A stretch of DNA of 62,942 bases from an uncultured virus (IMG/VR IMGVR_UViG_3300034280_000588). Lineage: Duplodnaviria; Heunggongvirae; Uroviricota; Caudoviricetes. The translations under genes and the position numbers were made by a program. The stretch is from IMG/VR virus record IMGVR_UViG_3300034280_000588, one strand, 5' to 3'. Below the pieces are notes generated by a model, which saw only the letters and a list, made by a program, of their open reading frames with translations, did no database searches and had not been told where the DNA came from. This document shows, one piece after another, positions 39,207 to 49,821 of this stretch (position 1 is the stretch's first letter; every line of letters begins with the position of its first letter).

Positions 39207-40463
39207 TTATCGTTTAAAAATATTTTGTGGTCTAGATATTTTTCTAGGTTTATTTTCTGGTTCTTCATGGTAAGAATTTGAATTCTTACGAGACTGTTCT
39301 GTTTTTAGCTGCCTTACAGTTTGTTCAACTGCTTCATTTTTACCTTGCTTCATCAGCGTAGTCCTATAATTTTCAGGATCTGAAAGTAACCAAAGAGCTT
39401 CTGCAATCAAGGGATAGTTGGGTTCAACAAACTGATATCTTTCTAAAAGGTGTCCTAAAAGGTTTGTAGGTTTACCAGAAACAGAAGGATATTGAGGTTG
39501 AACAAGTCCACTATACAGCTGTGCTTGTGTTTTCTTATCAAGCTTAAGACCATTAATTTCAGCAGGTCTTAACGCTTCAAAAACATTTTGCATGTAAGCA
39601 TCAGCTGCAGCTTCTTGTTGTTGCTTAAGTTGTTCTTGTTCAGCAAGCTGATATTGAATAACCTCCTCATGCATCGCATCCAACTTAGGCTTAAACTGTT
39701 TAGCCTTTTTTTCAAGAACACCAAGATCTTTCCATGTAGAAATTTCTTCCTCCATTTCTTCTGTAGTGCTATGCAAACCTTTTGCTTGCAAATAGCTTCT
39801 AACAATCATTTCTTGGTCATTCTCATCTTCAGGGTTCATTTCTCTAACCTGCTCAACCTGAGCCAAGGCTTGGAAAAGACCCTTAAGATCTGAACCTCCA
39901 TCTGCTACATACTTAGCTGCATATTGCAACTCTTCAGGCAGACTCTCAAAGAACTGTGCTGGAGTTTGGGAAGCCACCTCTTGTTTAAGGTTGCTTATAT
40001 TGGCTTGCCAAAGCTCTTCTATATCTTTTTCTGCAAGACCACCAAGGTAGTCATCCAGACTTTGTTTACTTTCATCATAGTCGTCAAATGCAAACATTTC
40101 ATTTGACTCAATGCGCTTTTTAAGGAATTCAACCAGTCCTGACTTTTCAGTGCGTGGTCTTCCTCCTTTTGTCTTTGAGGGTTCTTCATCAAGTTCATCC
40201 TCAGGAAGAAGCTCCTTATCAAGACTATTAAGAACTTCTGTTGTTTCTAAAGAGGCTTCTTTTTCTTCAGGAGTTTTCTTTTCTTCCTCATCTAGAAAAC
40301 TAAGATCTGCTTTTCCAGAAGAAAAAAAGTTAGGCTTCTCTTCTTTATCGGTGTTTGGAGTGAGAATACTATCTGCTCCAGGTGCACCCAACCAACTATC
40401 AATATCTACATCAACTTCCTGGACACTTGTTTGTACAGGGTTATTGGGTTGTTTCTCAATCAT
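39207..40463 (-). CDS. Putative scaffolding protein
   Basis: 418 aa, very acidic N-terminus, coiled-coil; between portal and MCP. Confidence 0.6.
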   Translation of the reverse strand: MIEKQPNNPVQTSVQEVDVDIDSWLGAPGADSILTPNTDKEEKPNFFSSGKADLSFLDEEEKKTPEEKEASLETTEVLNSLDKELLPEDELDEEPSKTKGGRPRTEKSGLVEFLKKRIESNEMFAFDDYDESKQSLDDYLGGLAEKDIEELWQANISNLKQEVASQTPAQFFESLPEELQYAAKYVADGGSDLKGLFQALAQVEQVREMNPEDENDQEMIVRSYLQAKGLHSTTEEMEEEISTWKDLGVLEKKAKQFKPKLDAMHEEVIQYQLAEQEQLKQQQEAAADAYMQNVFEALRPAEINGLKLDKKTQAQLYSGLVQPQYPSVSGKPTNLLGHLLERYQFVEPNYPLIAEALWLLSDPENYRTTLMKQGKNEAVEQTVRQLKTEQSRKNSNSYHEEPENKPRKISRPQNIFKR

Positions 40464-40491
40464 ATACGTTTGGTTTTTATTTTGTTTGTAT

Positions 40492-40503
40492 AATTTAATA
40501 TAC
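40492..40503 (-). promoter_or_regulatory. Putative late-promoter motif (GTATATTAAATT)
   Basis: Motif copy 28 nt upstream of the scaffold-MCP unit. Confidence 0.55.
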
Positions 40504-40574
40504 GATTTAAACTCTAAAAATTTAAAAAACTAAAATCTTAAAACACCTAAGGCATGGATTATAGAGCTATGATT

Positions 40575-43325
40575 TTATTTTTTCTTTTCAGAATTCTTTG
40601 AAACATCATATTTGTTCTTATTTTCTCTAGCTATTTCTAGCTGCTTATCAGCAATTTCTTTTTGAGTTTGAAGCTTTTCTCTCTCAATTCCAAGCTTTTG
40701 ACTATTAAATTGATTCTTATTCACCTCACTTTCTCTTTTGAAATTCATGGTGTCCTGATACTGCTGTTGTTTTCTAATATCCTCCATGGCATCAAGATAA
40801 TCAGACTGTTCATTCTTGTTTATATCCACCTGTGCACCATAGCCAGATGCTCTAATCTGTGCTTCCATAAGCCTTGCTTGCCTATCTTTATCAGCCTCTT
40901 CAGATTTAAACTGCATTTGCATCTGCATTTGTTTCTCTTGAGAAGCAATCTGCTCTTGTTGCATTTGTTGTTGTTGCTGCTGCTCAGCTTGTTTTTGAGC
41001 AAGCGTTTTCTCCTCAGCTGCTTTAAGAACACCTGTAAGCTCAGCAATAGACTCAGATTTAATCACATTTCCAAGATCATATATAGAAGCACCTGTAGTG
41101 TTGTTATTGATTGCCAAAGACTTAAGCTGCTCCATCACTGCCCTAGAATTGGTCTTAGTGGTACAGAATATGTTAATGTCTCTCATTAAAAGGTTTGTTC
41201 CATTAATCTGAAAGTTAACCTTTTCGTCTGCACCTGTTACATATTGAAGACGAAGACTGGGCTTTTTAGAGTTGTAATACTGAGCTAAGTCAGTTCTCAT
41301 CTGATGCACACGCGGCATGAGGTTGTCACTATGCTGTATAAAGTATTGTTCTGTTTGAGCATAAGAAGCATTCATTGCTTGCTCTACAGCTGTAGCAGTT
41401 TGCTGTTGGGCTATCTGTGCACCCATTCTTTGCTGATTCAAACCTATCACCTCAAATGCTTGGTTCTTAAAATACTGAGCAAGTTGTATCCTAGACATCA
41501 ACCTCTGGGTTTGCTCTAGATTTAGCACTTGATAATGCTGGAAGTTTAATGCATTCTCTGTATTTGTAATAGAGGTGTCTAAGGGTAGCATTTGGAAGTT
41601 CTTCATTGCTACATATGCTTTAGCCAAGTTGTTCTTGCCCCAGTCTTCTCCAAGTGAGTGACGAGGAAGAGCATTCTGATCTAGCATAATAACAGTGCCA
41701 AGTTCATCCACAAGGATGTCAGCAATCTGATTATTTACAATGTTATATCCAATTTGGAAGGGTTTCATCAAATCCACCAGACTTACAGACCTTGTATTTC
41801 TATCACCAAAAATTGATCCTTCTACAGGAAGCTTGCAGCCATAAATGGTGTGGTCTCCTTTAAACTGAAAAGGAAGTCTTCCAGGCTTACCACCATGAAG
41901 GCCAAGATAGATGGGGTTAATACCACCTGGGTTATTCATACCCCAGAATGTAGGTCTGTTAGGACCAATTTTAATACCACCCCAAACCTCATTAATCCAA
42001 ATCCAATCAACATGCTCACCAAAGACAAGATTATCTTTTGTCTTTTGTTTATATATTGCAGTGTTATACTGTGGCTTATCTGTAATTTTGTAATCCTGAG
42101 ATATGATTTCCTGACTTAATTCTCCTTGGTCTGAAATTTTTGTAAGGTGGCCCACTTTTCTTTGAGACTTCCAATAAATAGTTGACACCCTGAGCATATA
42201 GCTTTTACCAAAATCCTGTAGATCTTCTGAATCAGATAGAATCCACTGAACAATATCGCCAGTTCCAAGCTTGCTATCATACAGAGAAGTGAACTGCCTA
42301 TAAGCCAATGAAGGCATTTGGGTGTTCCATTCATGAGTTCTTGTAGGGTCATAGTAAGTTCCATCATTTTGATATCCTTGTACGGCATAGCCAGCTGAAC
42401 GTATAGGATAGATGACCTCAAGTGCTTCTAGTTGCTCTTGTGTCATCATCCATCCATATTTGTCTATAACATCTGAAACACTCATCATATCTGTCTTACC
42501 TATCCAGTTACCATCAGAAACATATCTAATATCTGGAGACTTATGATAGAATGTAAGTAGAGGATTCCATAGTTCTACATCATAATCATCTTCATTCATC
42601 TTAAAATGCCAAAACTCTCTGTCTGTAATTAGCATATCTCTAAATGCTCTTTCTTCTAGTTCCTGCATTTTAAAACGCTCTTCATCTACAGCCATTTGAT
42701 GAGAAGCCCACTCCTCAATCATTGATCTATAATCTTTTCTAAAAAACTCCTCTATCTCAGGAAGTTTTTTAAGATTGTCAGGAGACATTGCTTTTTGAGC
42801 TTCCTCATCTTCCAAGTCCATTCCTTGATTTAACATCTCAATCAGCATCTTCCTTTCAGCACCTTGAAGAAGCACATCCTCTATCATCTTGCGCTTCTCC
42901 TCTAACATCTCATTGTATGACATGTCATCCACCGCTCTAAACATAATCCTAGAACTACGTTTAGAAAACTCATTGGTGAGAACATTAATTACATTAGGAA
43001 TAATGGGGTAGAACTTAAGCTCATATGCAGAGACATCTTCTTTAGTGAGTGTTTCTATGAGATCTGCCATCTCATTGTCTTCCTCCACTATATAGTCTTG
43101 TTTATCTATAATGCCTCTTGCCAGCTTGTAGTTTTTGGAAAGTCTGCGTGCATTTCTACGCAGTTGTCTCATGCCTTGCCACTCTAACCAATCCAGGTTC
43201 CAGGCTCTCCACTCATCATCCTTTTCTTTATCTGATAAAAACTGAATAGGCTGGGTGAGTGTACCCATCTTATTATATTCAGCTTTTTTACCAGCTTTAA
43301 GATCAAGTGCGTTATATATTTGCAT
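40575..43325 (-). CDS. Portal protein
   Basis: 916 aa; FYPIIPNVINVL, WIWINEVWGGIKIG, SLVDLMKPFQIGYNI; Gln-rich C-terminal barrel; directly after terminase. Confidence 0.85.
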   Translation of the reverse strand: MQIYNALDLKAGKKAEYNKMGTLTQPIQFLSDKEKDDEWRAWNLDWLEWQGMRQLRRNARRLSKNYKLARGIIDKQDYIVEEDNEMADLIETLTKEDVSAYELKFYPIIPNVINVLTNEFSKRSSRIMFRAVDDMSYNEMLEEKRKMIEDVLLQGAERKMLIEMLNQGMDLEDEEAQKAMSPDNLKKLPEIEEFFRKDYRSMIEEWASHQMAVDEERFKMQELEERAFRDMLITDREFWHFKMNEDDYDVELWNPLLTFYHKSPDIRYVSDGNWIGKTDMMSVSDVIDKYGWMMTQEQLEALEVIYPIRSAGYAVQGYQNDGTYYDPTRTHEWNTQMPSLAYRQFTSLYDSKLGTGDIVQWILSDSEDLQDFGKSYMLRVSTIYWKSQRKVGHLTKISDQGELSQEIISQDYKITDKPQYNTAIYKQKTKDNLVFGEHVDWIWINEVWGGIKIGPNRPTFWGMNNPGGINPIYLGLHGGKPGRLPFQFKGDHTIYGCKLPVEGSIFGDRNTRSVSLVDLMKPFQIGYNIVNNQIADILVDELGTVIMLDQNALPRHSLGEDWGKNNLAKAYVAMKNFQMLPLDTSITNTENALNFQHYQVLNLEQTQRLMSRIQLAQYFKNQAFEVIGLNQQRMGAQIAQQQTATAVEQAMNASYAQTEQYFIQHSDNLMPRVHQMRTDLAQYYNSKKPSLRLQYVTGADEKVNFQINGTNLLMRDINIFCTTKTNSRAVMEQLKSLAINNNTTGASIYDLGNVIKSESIAELTGVLKAAEEKTLAQKQAEQQQQQQMQQEQIASQEKQMQMQMQFKSEEADKDRQARLMEAQIRASGYGAQVDINKNEQSDYLDAMEDIRKQQQYQDTMNFKRESEVNKNQFNSQKLGIEREKLQTQKEIADKQLEIARENKNKYDVSKNSEKKK

Positions 43326-43407
43326 GATTATGAATAAGTTATGGTGGTAAATACAATATTACCAGTCCATGTGCTGGTGAACAAATAGTTCATATTAACA
43401 GTGTATG

Positions 43408-45600
43408 TCATCTTATGTTCTTAAAGGCATTTCTTTTAGGAGCCATGGATAATCCGCTATGAGAACTTCCAATATGCCTAAATGGATTATAATTTAATTT
43501 ACTAAATTTCTTTGAGTTTTCCAAATTATTATGCTTAACTTCTATGCGCTTAGATAAACCTCTATTTGACTGTTGCACCTTAGCAAAAGCTATTAATGCA
43601 CAGAATGCCACCAGCCTATCCACGTTAAGCCCATCTCTGTATGCTTGCATTTCCTTTAGAAGCATTGGGTCAGGGATTCTCTCCACCCCATAAATGGTCT
43701 TCACTATTGTACCATCAGGCAAGGTTTCATGGTCAAGCTCTTCTTGTAAAAATTCTATGCCATATGATAGAACAGTGCCTTTAAAAAGTGTGCCCACGTT
43801 CTTCCAGCCATACTGCTGAAATACATTTCTGTTTGCACCTATATCTTTTAAGAACAATATCATGTCTTTGGGAACCAGATAACGCTGCTTCTTCTTAGAT
43901 ATCATGTATTGTATAAAAAGAGCTACGTTATTTTCCACTAAAGTCCAAGCATTATACCATTCTATAAGAAGTTCTAAACGCTCATGTGTTTTGTTGATGT
44001 CATCAAACCTACCACACCAGCTAGCTACAATAGCATCTCTTTCTATAACATTCTTCACCTTACCATCCCCGTCATCTGTTATCACCTCTACAGGATTCTT
44101 GTAAACATATATGGAACAAAGAGAGTCTGATGTTGTGGTCTTACCTTCTCCTACAGGATCTATAGAGGCATAATACATTCCAAAGGCTGGATCTTTGTGA
44201 GGACGTTCGTATATACATATCACCCCCTCTTTATTTTCTGTTTTCTTAGAAAGAGGAAACTCAGAAATAGGAATCTTTCTTGATTCAGTGGCAATTATCT
44301 TTCCTTCAGCATTTCTACTAACATCTAAATATTCTACAGGATAGTTTTTCTCAGATATTCTCTGGAGCTGTTTAGAAACAAGATGAGGAGGAAACACACT
44401 CACCTTTCTTGTAGCAAATGCTTCCTGAATAGTTCGTGGATGCTGGGATATTTCTAGCTGGTAGGCTTCAGGAGAAAGATCTTTCTTTAGTTTTTCAAAT
44501 TCTTTGTTTAATGCTTCTAAAGCTTCTTCCACCAAAGAGTTTCCATAGTCGTCTATATAGGGAGGCATGGACCACTGCTCTGGAATAAACAGACCAGTGA
44601 CCCCTATTGTACCATCCCCATCTATAAGATCTGACTCCACCCCATAGAAACCATTTACATCAGGATTAAGAATGTATTCTTTCATGGGTTCACACTGATC
44701 CAGGTCACCCACTGATCCTGCTGCAATAAATTGTCCTGTAATAATATGCCCTGATTTTAGGGCAGGTTTCATAAACCCATAAGTGTCATCCATCTTTGGA
44801 GCAATACCAGCTTCCTCATGAAAGAAATATGTAACTGGTCCACCGACACCGTTTGTAGGATCTTTTTCAAAAGAATAAGAGTTTATTGTAGATTTTAAAC
44901 CTCTGTATGTATCCCTGTTGTTAATCCTCACTTTAATCTGCTGTTGCCATGCCCCCACCTTGTCTGGTTCAGCAGGTCTATACCATGCAGTGTGCTCATT
45001 AAGGAAATTCTTATATTCATTTAGAAACTTCCAGGATCCTTTCTCGTTAATGTAATCTTTAAGACTTGCGCCTATTTTCAACACAGCACCCTCTTCAAAA
45101 TACCACTGGTTAATAAGCTTAGCCATGTGAAAATAAGAAGAAGCTATCTGACGTTTCTTAAGAATAATAACATGCTTATAGTGCAACTCTGCTAATATCT
45201 CATATAGTGCCATGTGATATTGAGCATCCCTCACCTTGGCAAAGTCAAACCTTTTTTCTTCCTTGTCATATATGGGAAGAAAGTTCAACCACATGTAATA
45301 ATCTCTAGAAAGGTACCAAGTGTTGGTATTATTTTTTACAATTATTCCATTTCGACACTTGTTCTTTTGATCATCCCAATATGCAATAAAGTCTTTTGTC
45401 TTTACAGGAGCTGCACAGTAAAATCTTTGTTTTTGAAACTTCCTTCCCTCAGCATTGAATATCAGTGTACTTTCGTCAAATGCATACTCACCAGGTTGTT
45501 TGAACAGAGGAACAAGAAAGTCTCTAAACTCCTCACGCGTAGCAAACTCTGTAGTGGTCCATTGATCATTTGAATATGTAGGTACACTTATGTAACTCAT
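43408..45600 (-). CDS. terL: Terminase large subunit
   Basis: 730 aa; Walker A-like LKKRQIASS, Walker B FFHEEAG, nuclease IDPV...SDS...VENN...DRLVA. Confidence 0.9.
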   Translation of the reverse strand: MSYISVPTYSNDQWTTTEFATREEFRDFLVPLFKQPGEYAFDESTLIFNAEGRKFQKQRFYCAAPVKTKDFIAYWDDQKNKCRNGIIVKNNTNTWYLSRDYYMWLNFLPIYDKEEKRFDFAKVRDAQYHMALYEILAELHYKHVIILKKRQIASSYFHMAKLINQWYFEEGAVLKIGASLKDYINEKGSWKFLNEYKNFLNEHTAWYRPAEPDKVGAWQQQIKVRINNRDTYRGLKSTINSYSFEKDPTNGVGGPVTYFFHEEAGIAPKMDDTYGFMKPALKSGHIITGQFIAAGSVGDLDQCEPMKEYILNPDVNGFYGVESDLIDGDGTIGVTGLFIPEQWSMPPYIDDYGNSLVEEALEALNKEFEKLKKDLSPEAYQLEISQHPRTIQEAFATRKVSVFPPHLVSKQLQRISEKNYPVEYLDVSRNAEGKIIATESRKIPISEFPLSKKTENKEGVICIYERPHKDPAFGMYYASIDPVGEGKTTTSDSLCSIYVYKNPVEVITDDGDGKVKNVIERDAIVASWCGRFDDINKTHERLELLIEWYNAWTLVENNVALFIQYMISKKKQRYLVPKDMILFLKDIGANRNVFQQYGWKNVGTLFKGTVLSYGIEFLQEELDHETLPDGTIVKTIYGVERIPDPMLLKEMQAYRDGLNVDRLVAFCALIAFAKVQQSNRGLSKRIEVKHNNLENSKKFSKLNYNPFRHIGSSHSGLSMAPKRNAFKNIR

Positions 45601-45791
45601 AACTCTTTGAGTTTGTCAACATCTCCTTTGTGTTTACTTACTAGACTAATAAGAGTTTCAATATTGCTGCTTCTTAATATTTCTGCAGTGGTATAATCAC
45701 TCCAATATTCATTATAAAGATCTCTAGGAATTGCTGCCCACTGAGAAGTGTATATGTTATAATGAAACACCCAATTTTGTAAATGCTCCAT
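45597..45791 (-). CDS. Hypothetical protein
   Basis: 64 aa; ATGA overlap with terL. Confidence 0.65.
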   Translation of the reverse strand: MEHLQNWVFHYNIYTSQWAAIPRDLYNEYWSDYTTAEILRSSNIETLISLVSKHKGDVDKLKEL

Positions 45792-45792
45792 G

Positions 45793-46893
45793 TTATTCAG
45801 TTAAATAGTCAATCCAAATTTGTTTTGCTCTTCTAGAAAACCTTCTTAAGAATTTTTTATTTTGTTCAGCATTAGCATCTGAATCATTATAAATGTTATA
45901 AAGAGTGGATGCAATATCTCTAGAGTCTGTTGTATCTGCAAAAGATTTTTTATCAATCCAATCAATTTCAGAAGATGTCACCATTGGAACACCCTGGCTA
46001 ATCAAATCTGCTGTAACAAGATTGAATGTTTCAGACAAAGACACTTGCATACCAATGTCCATCTGACGACAAATCTGCAAAAAGGTTTCTTTATCATACC
46101 AGTCATGCTTAACAAGAACATGACCCTTTGATGCAAGAGAGTTAAACAAGCTTTCCAGGTTTCTTAATATAGACTCCCCTCTTTGTTCCACTCTAGTGAC
46201 ATTGATATGGAAGCGAAGCTTTTTACCAATCTTTTCTGTAAACATCACAGCTGCCATTGCCTGAATAAGATGATTCTTCAAAGGACGAATTGCCCCAAAG
46301 CAAGCAATATCAATATGTGTTTTATTCTTATTTATATCTTTTTCATTAAAAGTTGTGGGATAGTAGTTAGGAAGATAAAGTACTTTTTCTCTCATCTTTT
46401 TCTGAGAAATATCATCAAAGAGTTGAAAATAAAACTCCATATCTTTCTCCATTCTTCTAGAGTTTACAGCCACATAAACATTGTCAATTAACAAATATCT
46501 ATATAGCCAATTAAAACTCACTCCCTCACTTGCAATAAAAGGAATCTCACTATGCACACGAATAATCCATTCTACAGTGGGATGGAGAGCTTTAAGAACC
46601 TCCAATTTTTCAGGAACCACCCACAGTGCTTCAATAATAACATGTGTGGGTTTGTATAAAGCCACTTCTCTGTCAATGTCATTGTTATCTACAACAACAA
46701 CCAGTTTGCTAGAAAAACCAAATGTTTCATCTAACATTTCTGATACATAGCTTGCAGAATTTAATAATCCTGTTGTAAGGATTTGACCACTGCTGTATTC
46801 AAGACCAGCAGAATAATCATCAATGTCATTATGCAACTCTCTTTGCTTAAGGATGAAAAGAATTTTTTTCTTTTCAATTTTTTTTCTACTCAT
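45793..46893 (-). CDS. GT-B fold glycosyltransferase (GT4-like)
   Basis: FGAIRPLKN and QVSLSETFNLVTADLISQGVPMVTS (E-x7-D) motifs; IRVHSE. Confidence 0.75.
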   Translation of the reverse strand: MSRKKIEKKKILFILKQRELHNDIDDYSAGLEYSSGQILTTGLLNSASYVSEMLDETFGFSSKLVVVVDNNDIDREVALYKPTHVIIEALWVVPEKLEVLKALHPTVEWIIRVHSEIPFIASEGVSFNWLYRYLLIDNVYVAVNSRRMEKDMEFYFQLFDDISQKKMREKVLYLPNYYPTTFNEKDINKNKTHIDIACFGAIRPLKNHLIQAMAAVMFTEKIGKKLRFHINVTRVEQRGESILRNLESLFNSLASKGHVLVKHDWYDKETFLQICRQMDIGMQVSLSETFNLVTADLISQGVPMVTSSEIDWIDKKSFADTTDSRDIASTLYNIYNDSDANAEQNKKFLRRFSRRAKQIWIDYLTE

Positions 46894-46913
46894 TTTTTAT
46901 AAAAGTTTAGGGG

Positions 46914-47426
46914 TTATTGATCGTATGCCAGGTTTTGTCCTCCTCTTACGCTAGACTGTTGTTCATCCTGAAGGTCTTTGTAAACCCCTTTGAATGATTG
47001 TCTTACAGCATCAAATCTCTCTGCTATTCTAAGGATGGCTGTTGCTGATCCATCTCTTCCAGAGGTCACTTGTTCTGTAGCCATGAATGTGGCCATGTTG
47101 TCCAATGCAATTTTAATTCCTTGATAGGCTCTGTATGTAGGAGTTTCATACATCTTTTTGCACATTGCCAGTGCTTTTACAATTACATCTTCATCCACAC
47201 TAAAGTCTGCATCTATTTCTTTAAGGATGAGTTCTTCCTTGTCTTGCTCTAAAATATCAAAAAAAGGATTGAGATCTGGGTTGGGACAGGTCATGTAAAA
47301 CAGATAGGAGTATATTTTAAGGTGGTCTTCAGGAAACTCATCCATCACATCCTTAAGAAACTTAAGAGTGTAACAATGTTCTGATGGTGTCACCTTACCT
47401 CCCTGTATATCAAATAGTCTAATCAT
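46914..47426 (-). CDS. Conserved hypothetical protein (terminase small subunit candidate)
   Basis: Start reassigned to ATG 47426 (ATGA overlap); helical, ends SVRGGQNLAYDQ; upstream of terL; function by position only. Confidence 0.45.
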   Translation of the reverse strand: MIRLFDIQGGKVTPSEHCYTLKFLKDVMDEFPEDHLKIYSYLFYMTCPNPDLNPFFDILEQDKEELILKEIDADFSVDEDVIVKALAMCKKMYETPTYRAYQGIKIALDNMATFMATEQVTSGRDGSATAILRIAERFDAVRQSFKGVYKDLQDEQQSSVRGGQNLAYDQ

Positions 47427-47722
47427 TTGCTTTCTTTTAAAAAGTCCATGTTCCTCACGGCTCCTTTTGGCCATCTAGATTTTTTAACTTTCCAATCTTC
47501 TGGAATAGGAGGTGTCAAACTTTCTCCTGTTGTAGGATTACCATACACAATCAAATCATTTTGATCCACTGTACGTATAAGTCCTGAGTGATATATACGT
47601 ACAATAAACTGTGGATTTGAAGTGACACTACCTGTAATCATAAACATTACAAGGCACTCCCCCAGCTCTTTGGCATAAGCATCAAAGGGATTGTGTATTT
47701 CATGTACAGTTTGCGTAATCAT
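47423..47722 (-). CDS. Hypothetical protein
   Basis: 99 aa ORF in operon. Confidence 0.6.
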   Translation of the reverse strand: MITQTVHEIHNPFDAYAKELGECLVMFMITGSVTSNPQFIVRIYHSGLIRTVDQNDLIVYGNPTTGESLTPPIPEDWKVKKSRWPKGAVRNMDFLKESK

Positions 47723-47726
47723 GCTT

Positions 47727-47972
47727 TTATTTATTATGGGGATTCATAGGCTTGAGGGGAGTGTCATTTCCTCTAGTTTTAACACCTATCAACTTGTCTT
47801 CATACTGTTTACCATACACACTCACCAGTAACACTTCTTTTGCCAACTCATCCCTATGGATGGTGTAGGTTCCCTTTGTAGACTGGTATTTAAAAACAAC
47901 CTCATCAGGAAGTGTTCCTTCCTTGTGCTTCTGTATAAGCTCAATGAGGGTGGGTATTTTTTCTTCTGACAT
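47727..47972 (-). CDS. Hypothetical protein
   Basis: 81 aa ORF in operon. Confidence 0.55.
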   Translation of the reverse strand: MSEEKIPTLIELIQKHKEGTLPDEVVFKYQSTKGTYTIHRDELAKEVLLVSVYGKQYEDKLIGVKTRGNDTPLKPMNPHNK

Positions 47973-47973
47973 C

Positions 47974-48786
47974 TTATTTCTTTTGATCTCTCAACCAGTT
48001 TACAATATCTATTGCCTCTTTCTTGAGATAGGGGAGATCATAATCCACCACATCTGTTACAATGGGGTCTCCATTTGTGTCAAGGGCTGTAATGGGGTTG
48101 TCAAACTTATCACGCCCCGCCTCTTCAAAAATAATATGGTGGATGCTCAGACTACCAGGCTTAAGTTTTGGATTGTGCTTAAGAATAATAAACATATACA
48201 AACTAAGCTGTAGGGCATAATGATTAAGATGACAATCATCAAGATGTGCCACAGGAGCACTCATCTTTTGTGTTATTCCTTCCCAATTTGTATACCCCTC
48301 TGTCTTGATTTCCTTGTTTGTCTTGTAGTCTGTAATGTGCACTTCCCCATTCACCACTTCTACAAGGTCAGACTGTCCACATATGTTAGCAGACTTCAAA
48401 TATACCATGTGCTCAGGATAGACACCATCTGTCAACTTTTGATTGGGGGAATGTTTAATTCCATCAATTTCGATGGGTTTAAAAATCTTTATCATGCTTC
48501 CCCTTCTCTCCATTGTTTCAAATGAACATATATCAGACTCCCTGCAATTGTGATACCATGTACCCAATGTAGTGGCTCTGTTAGCCTCAGCCTTCCATGC
48601 ATGTTTGATTTCCTCAGGTGTCATACCATACCACTTACTCTTCCTATTTCTAGAAGACTTCTCTGCTATTTTATCAGCATCAAATGGTTGCTTAAAATTA
48701 GATATTACACTTGTAACACTTGACCAATCTGCCCCATCCTCACTTCTGTATTTGTGATCGTGGGGTGTAAATTTCAATATACTCAT
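47974..48786 (-). CDS. PD-(D/E)xK (Cas4/RecB-like) exonuclease
   Basis: SVTSVI, GTWYH, ICGQSDLV...ITDYKTNK, YALQLSLY; start reassigned to ATG 48786 (ATGA overlap). Confidence 0.8.
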   Translation of the reverse strand: MSILKFTPHDHKYRSEDGADWSSVTSVISNFKQPFDADKIAEKSSRNRKSKWYGMTPEEIKHAWKAEANRATTLGTWYHNCRESDICSFETMERRGSMIKIFKPIEIDGIKHSPNQKLTDGVYPEHMVYLKSANICGQSDLVEVVNGEVHITDYKTNKEIKTEGYTNWEGITQKMSAPVAHLDDCHLNHYALQLSLYMFIILKHNPKLKPGSLSIHHIIFEEAGRDKFDNPITALDTNGDPIVTDVVDYDLPYLKKEAIDIVNWLRDQKK

Positions 48787-49112
48787 ATTCCTAATTTTTT
48801 GTTTAACATTTCCTCCTCCTCTTCTGTCATTTCTGCCTTCCACTTCTTAAGAGGACAATCAGAACTTAAACTCCTTGTCTTTAGGGACAAACTGCACCCA
48901 CATCCCCCCTTCTTTTCATTACAGCATGGTTGTGTTCCAGGCATTGTACATCCCTCCCCTGTGACATCATACAGCTTGCAGTTTTTACAAACAAACATCC
49001 TGTATTCTGCTACAGCTTCCACATGCTCTTTCTTAAATATGGAATTAGCAATACCTTCTATAATTTCACTCTTGTGTTTCCAGATCTTGAAGATGTTGGC
49101 TCCCAGATTCAT
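48783..49112 (-). CDS. Zn-binding Cys-rich protein
   Basis: RMFVCKNC...GCGCSLSLKTRSLSSDCPLKKW. Confidence 0.65.
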   Translation of the reverse strand: MNLGANIFKIWKHKSEIIEGIANSIFKKEHVEAVAEYRMFVCKNCKLYDVTGEGCTMPGTQPCCNEKKGGCGCSLSLKTRSLSSDCPLKKWKAEMTEEEEEMLNKKLGI

Positions 49113-49467
49113 TTTTGTTTTGTTTAATAAGTTCTTTACGTTGGTTTTCTTCTTCCATCATTGTCTTAAGACTCCTTAAGTCAAAAAGCTTTTCTGCTAT
49201 CTTAAACCTTTCTGTTATTTTTTGAAGCCCCTTGAGTTTGTTTACATCTTCCCACTTTTCCAGGTGTTCAATCTTCTCATCTATTTTCCAATGTTTCACT
49301 ACAAAATCACCAAGGTTGGTGACATGCACACGCTGGTGTTTCAATGAAGAAAGACTCATCCTCACCTCTTGCCAGTAGAACAGCATCAAATCCCCCACCA
49401 AACTTTCAGAAAGAGACAGCTTCTCAGCCACCTCAGGTATAAAATCCTTAGCTTTCTTTGGCCTCAA
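49066..49467 (-). CDS. HU/IHF-like DNA-binding protein
   Basis: FIPEVAEKLSLSESLV...RVHVTNLGDFVV matches HU helix + beta-strand pattern. Confidence 0.6.
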   Translation of the reverse strand: MRPKKAKDFIPEVAEKLSLSESLVGDLMLFYWQEVRMSLSSLKHQRVHVTNLGDFVVKHWKIDEKIEHLEKWEDVNKLKGLQKITERFKIAEKLFDLRSLKTMMEEENQRKELIKQNKNESGSQHLQDLETQE

Positions 49468-49819
49468 GAGAAAGTATTTTGAGATTCAAAAGGATGTTTC
49501 CAGAAGATATAATGTTCATCCCAGGATTTATAAATATTTTCTTTTTGTTCTTTCCCTCCTTAACAATAAGACTTTTTTTCTCACACTTTGTAATGGAGTT
49601 CCTTGCACTCTGACAAGAAGAAAATATTTTTTTATCATACACCTTAGAACAAAAAGATGTAAGCTCTTGCTCACCCTCTAAAGCTAAATAAGTGAGGCAG
49701 TCTAAATCTGCCTCACTTAATTGTATCTTGGAAACATAACAATGCGTAACTATCTGGTACTTAGTGACTTCCCAGGTGTTCATCACCGCCTTCTTTTCCA
49801 CTTGACTTACAACTGCCAT
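49448..49819 (-). CDS. Putative winged-HTH protein
   Basis: 123 aa; QLSEADLDCLTYLA...SARNSITKCEKKSLIVK. Confidence 0.5.
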   Translation of the reverse strand: MAVVSQVEKKAVMNTWEVTKYQIVTHCYVSKIQLSEADLDCLTYLALEGEQELTSFCSKVYDKKIFSSCQSARNSITKCEKKSLIVKEGKNKKKIFINPGMNIISSGNILLNLKILSLEAKES

Positions 49820-49821
49820 TT

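Noticed and set aside
43408..45600. Intron or intein in terminase, portal or MCP
   Set aside because: ORFs are continuous, of expected size, with no intein or homing-endonuclease motifs seen
47974..48786. Cas4 as evidence of a CRISPR system
   Set aside because: Stand-alone PD-(D/E)xK nuclease common in phages; no four-Cys Fe-S pattern, array or other cas genes
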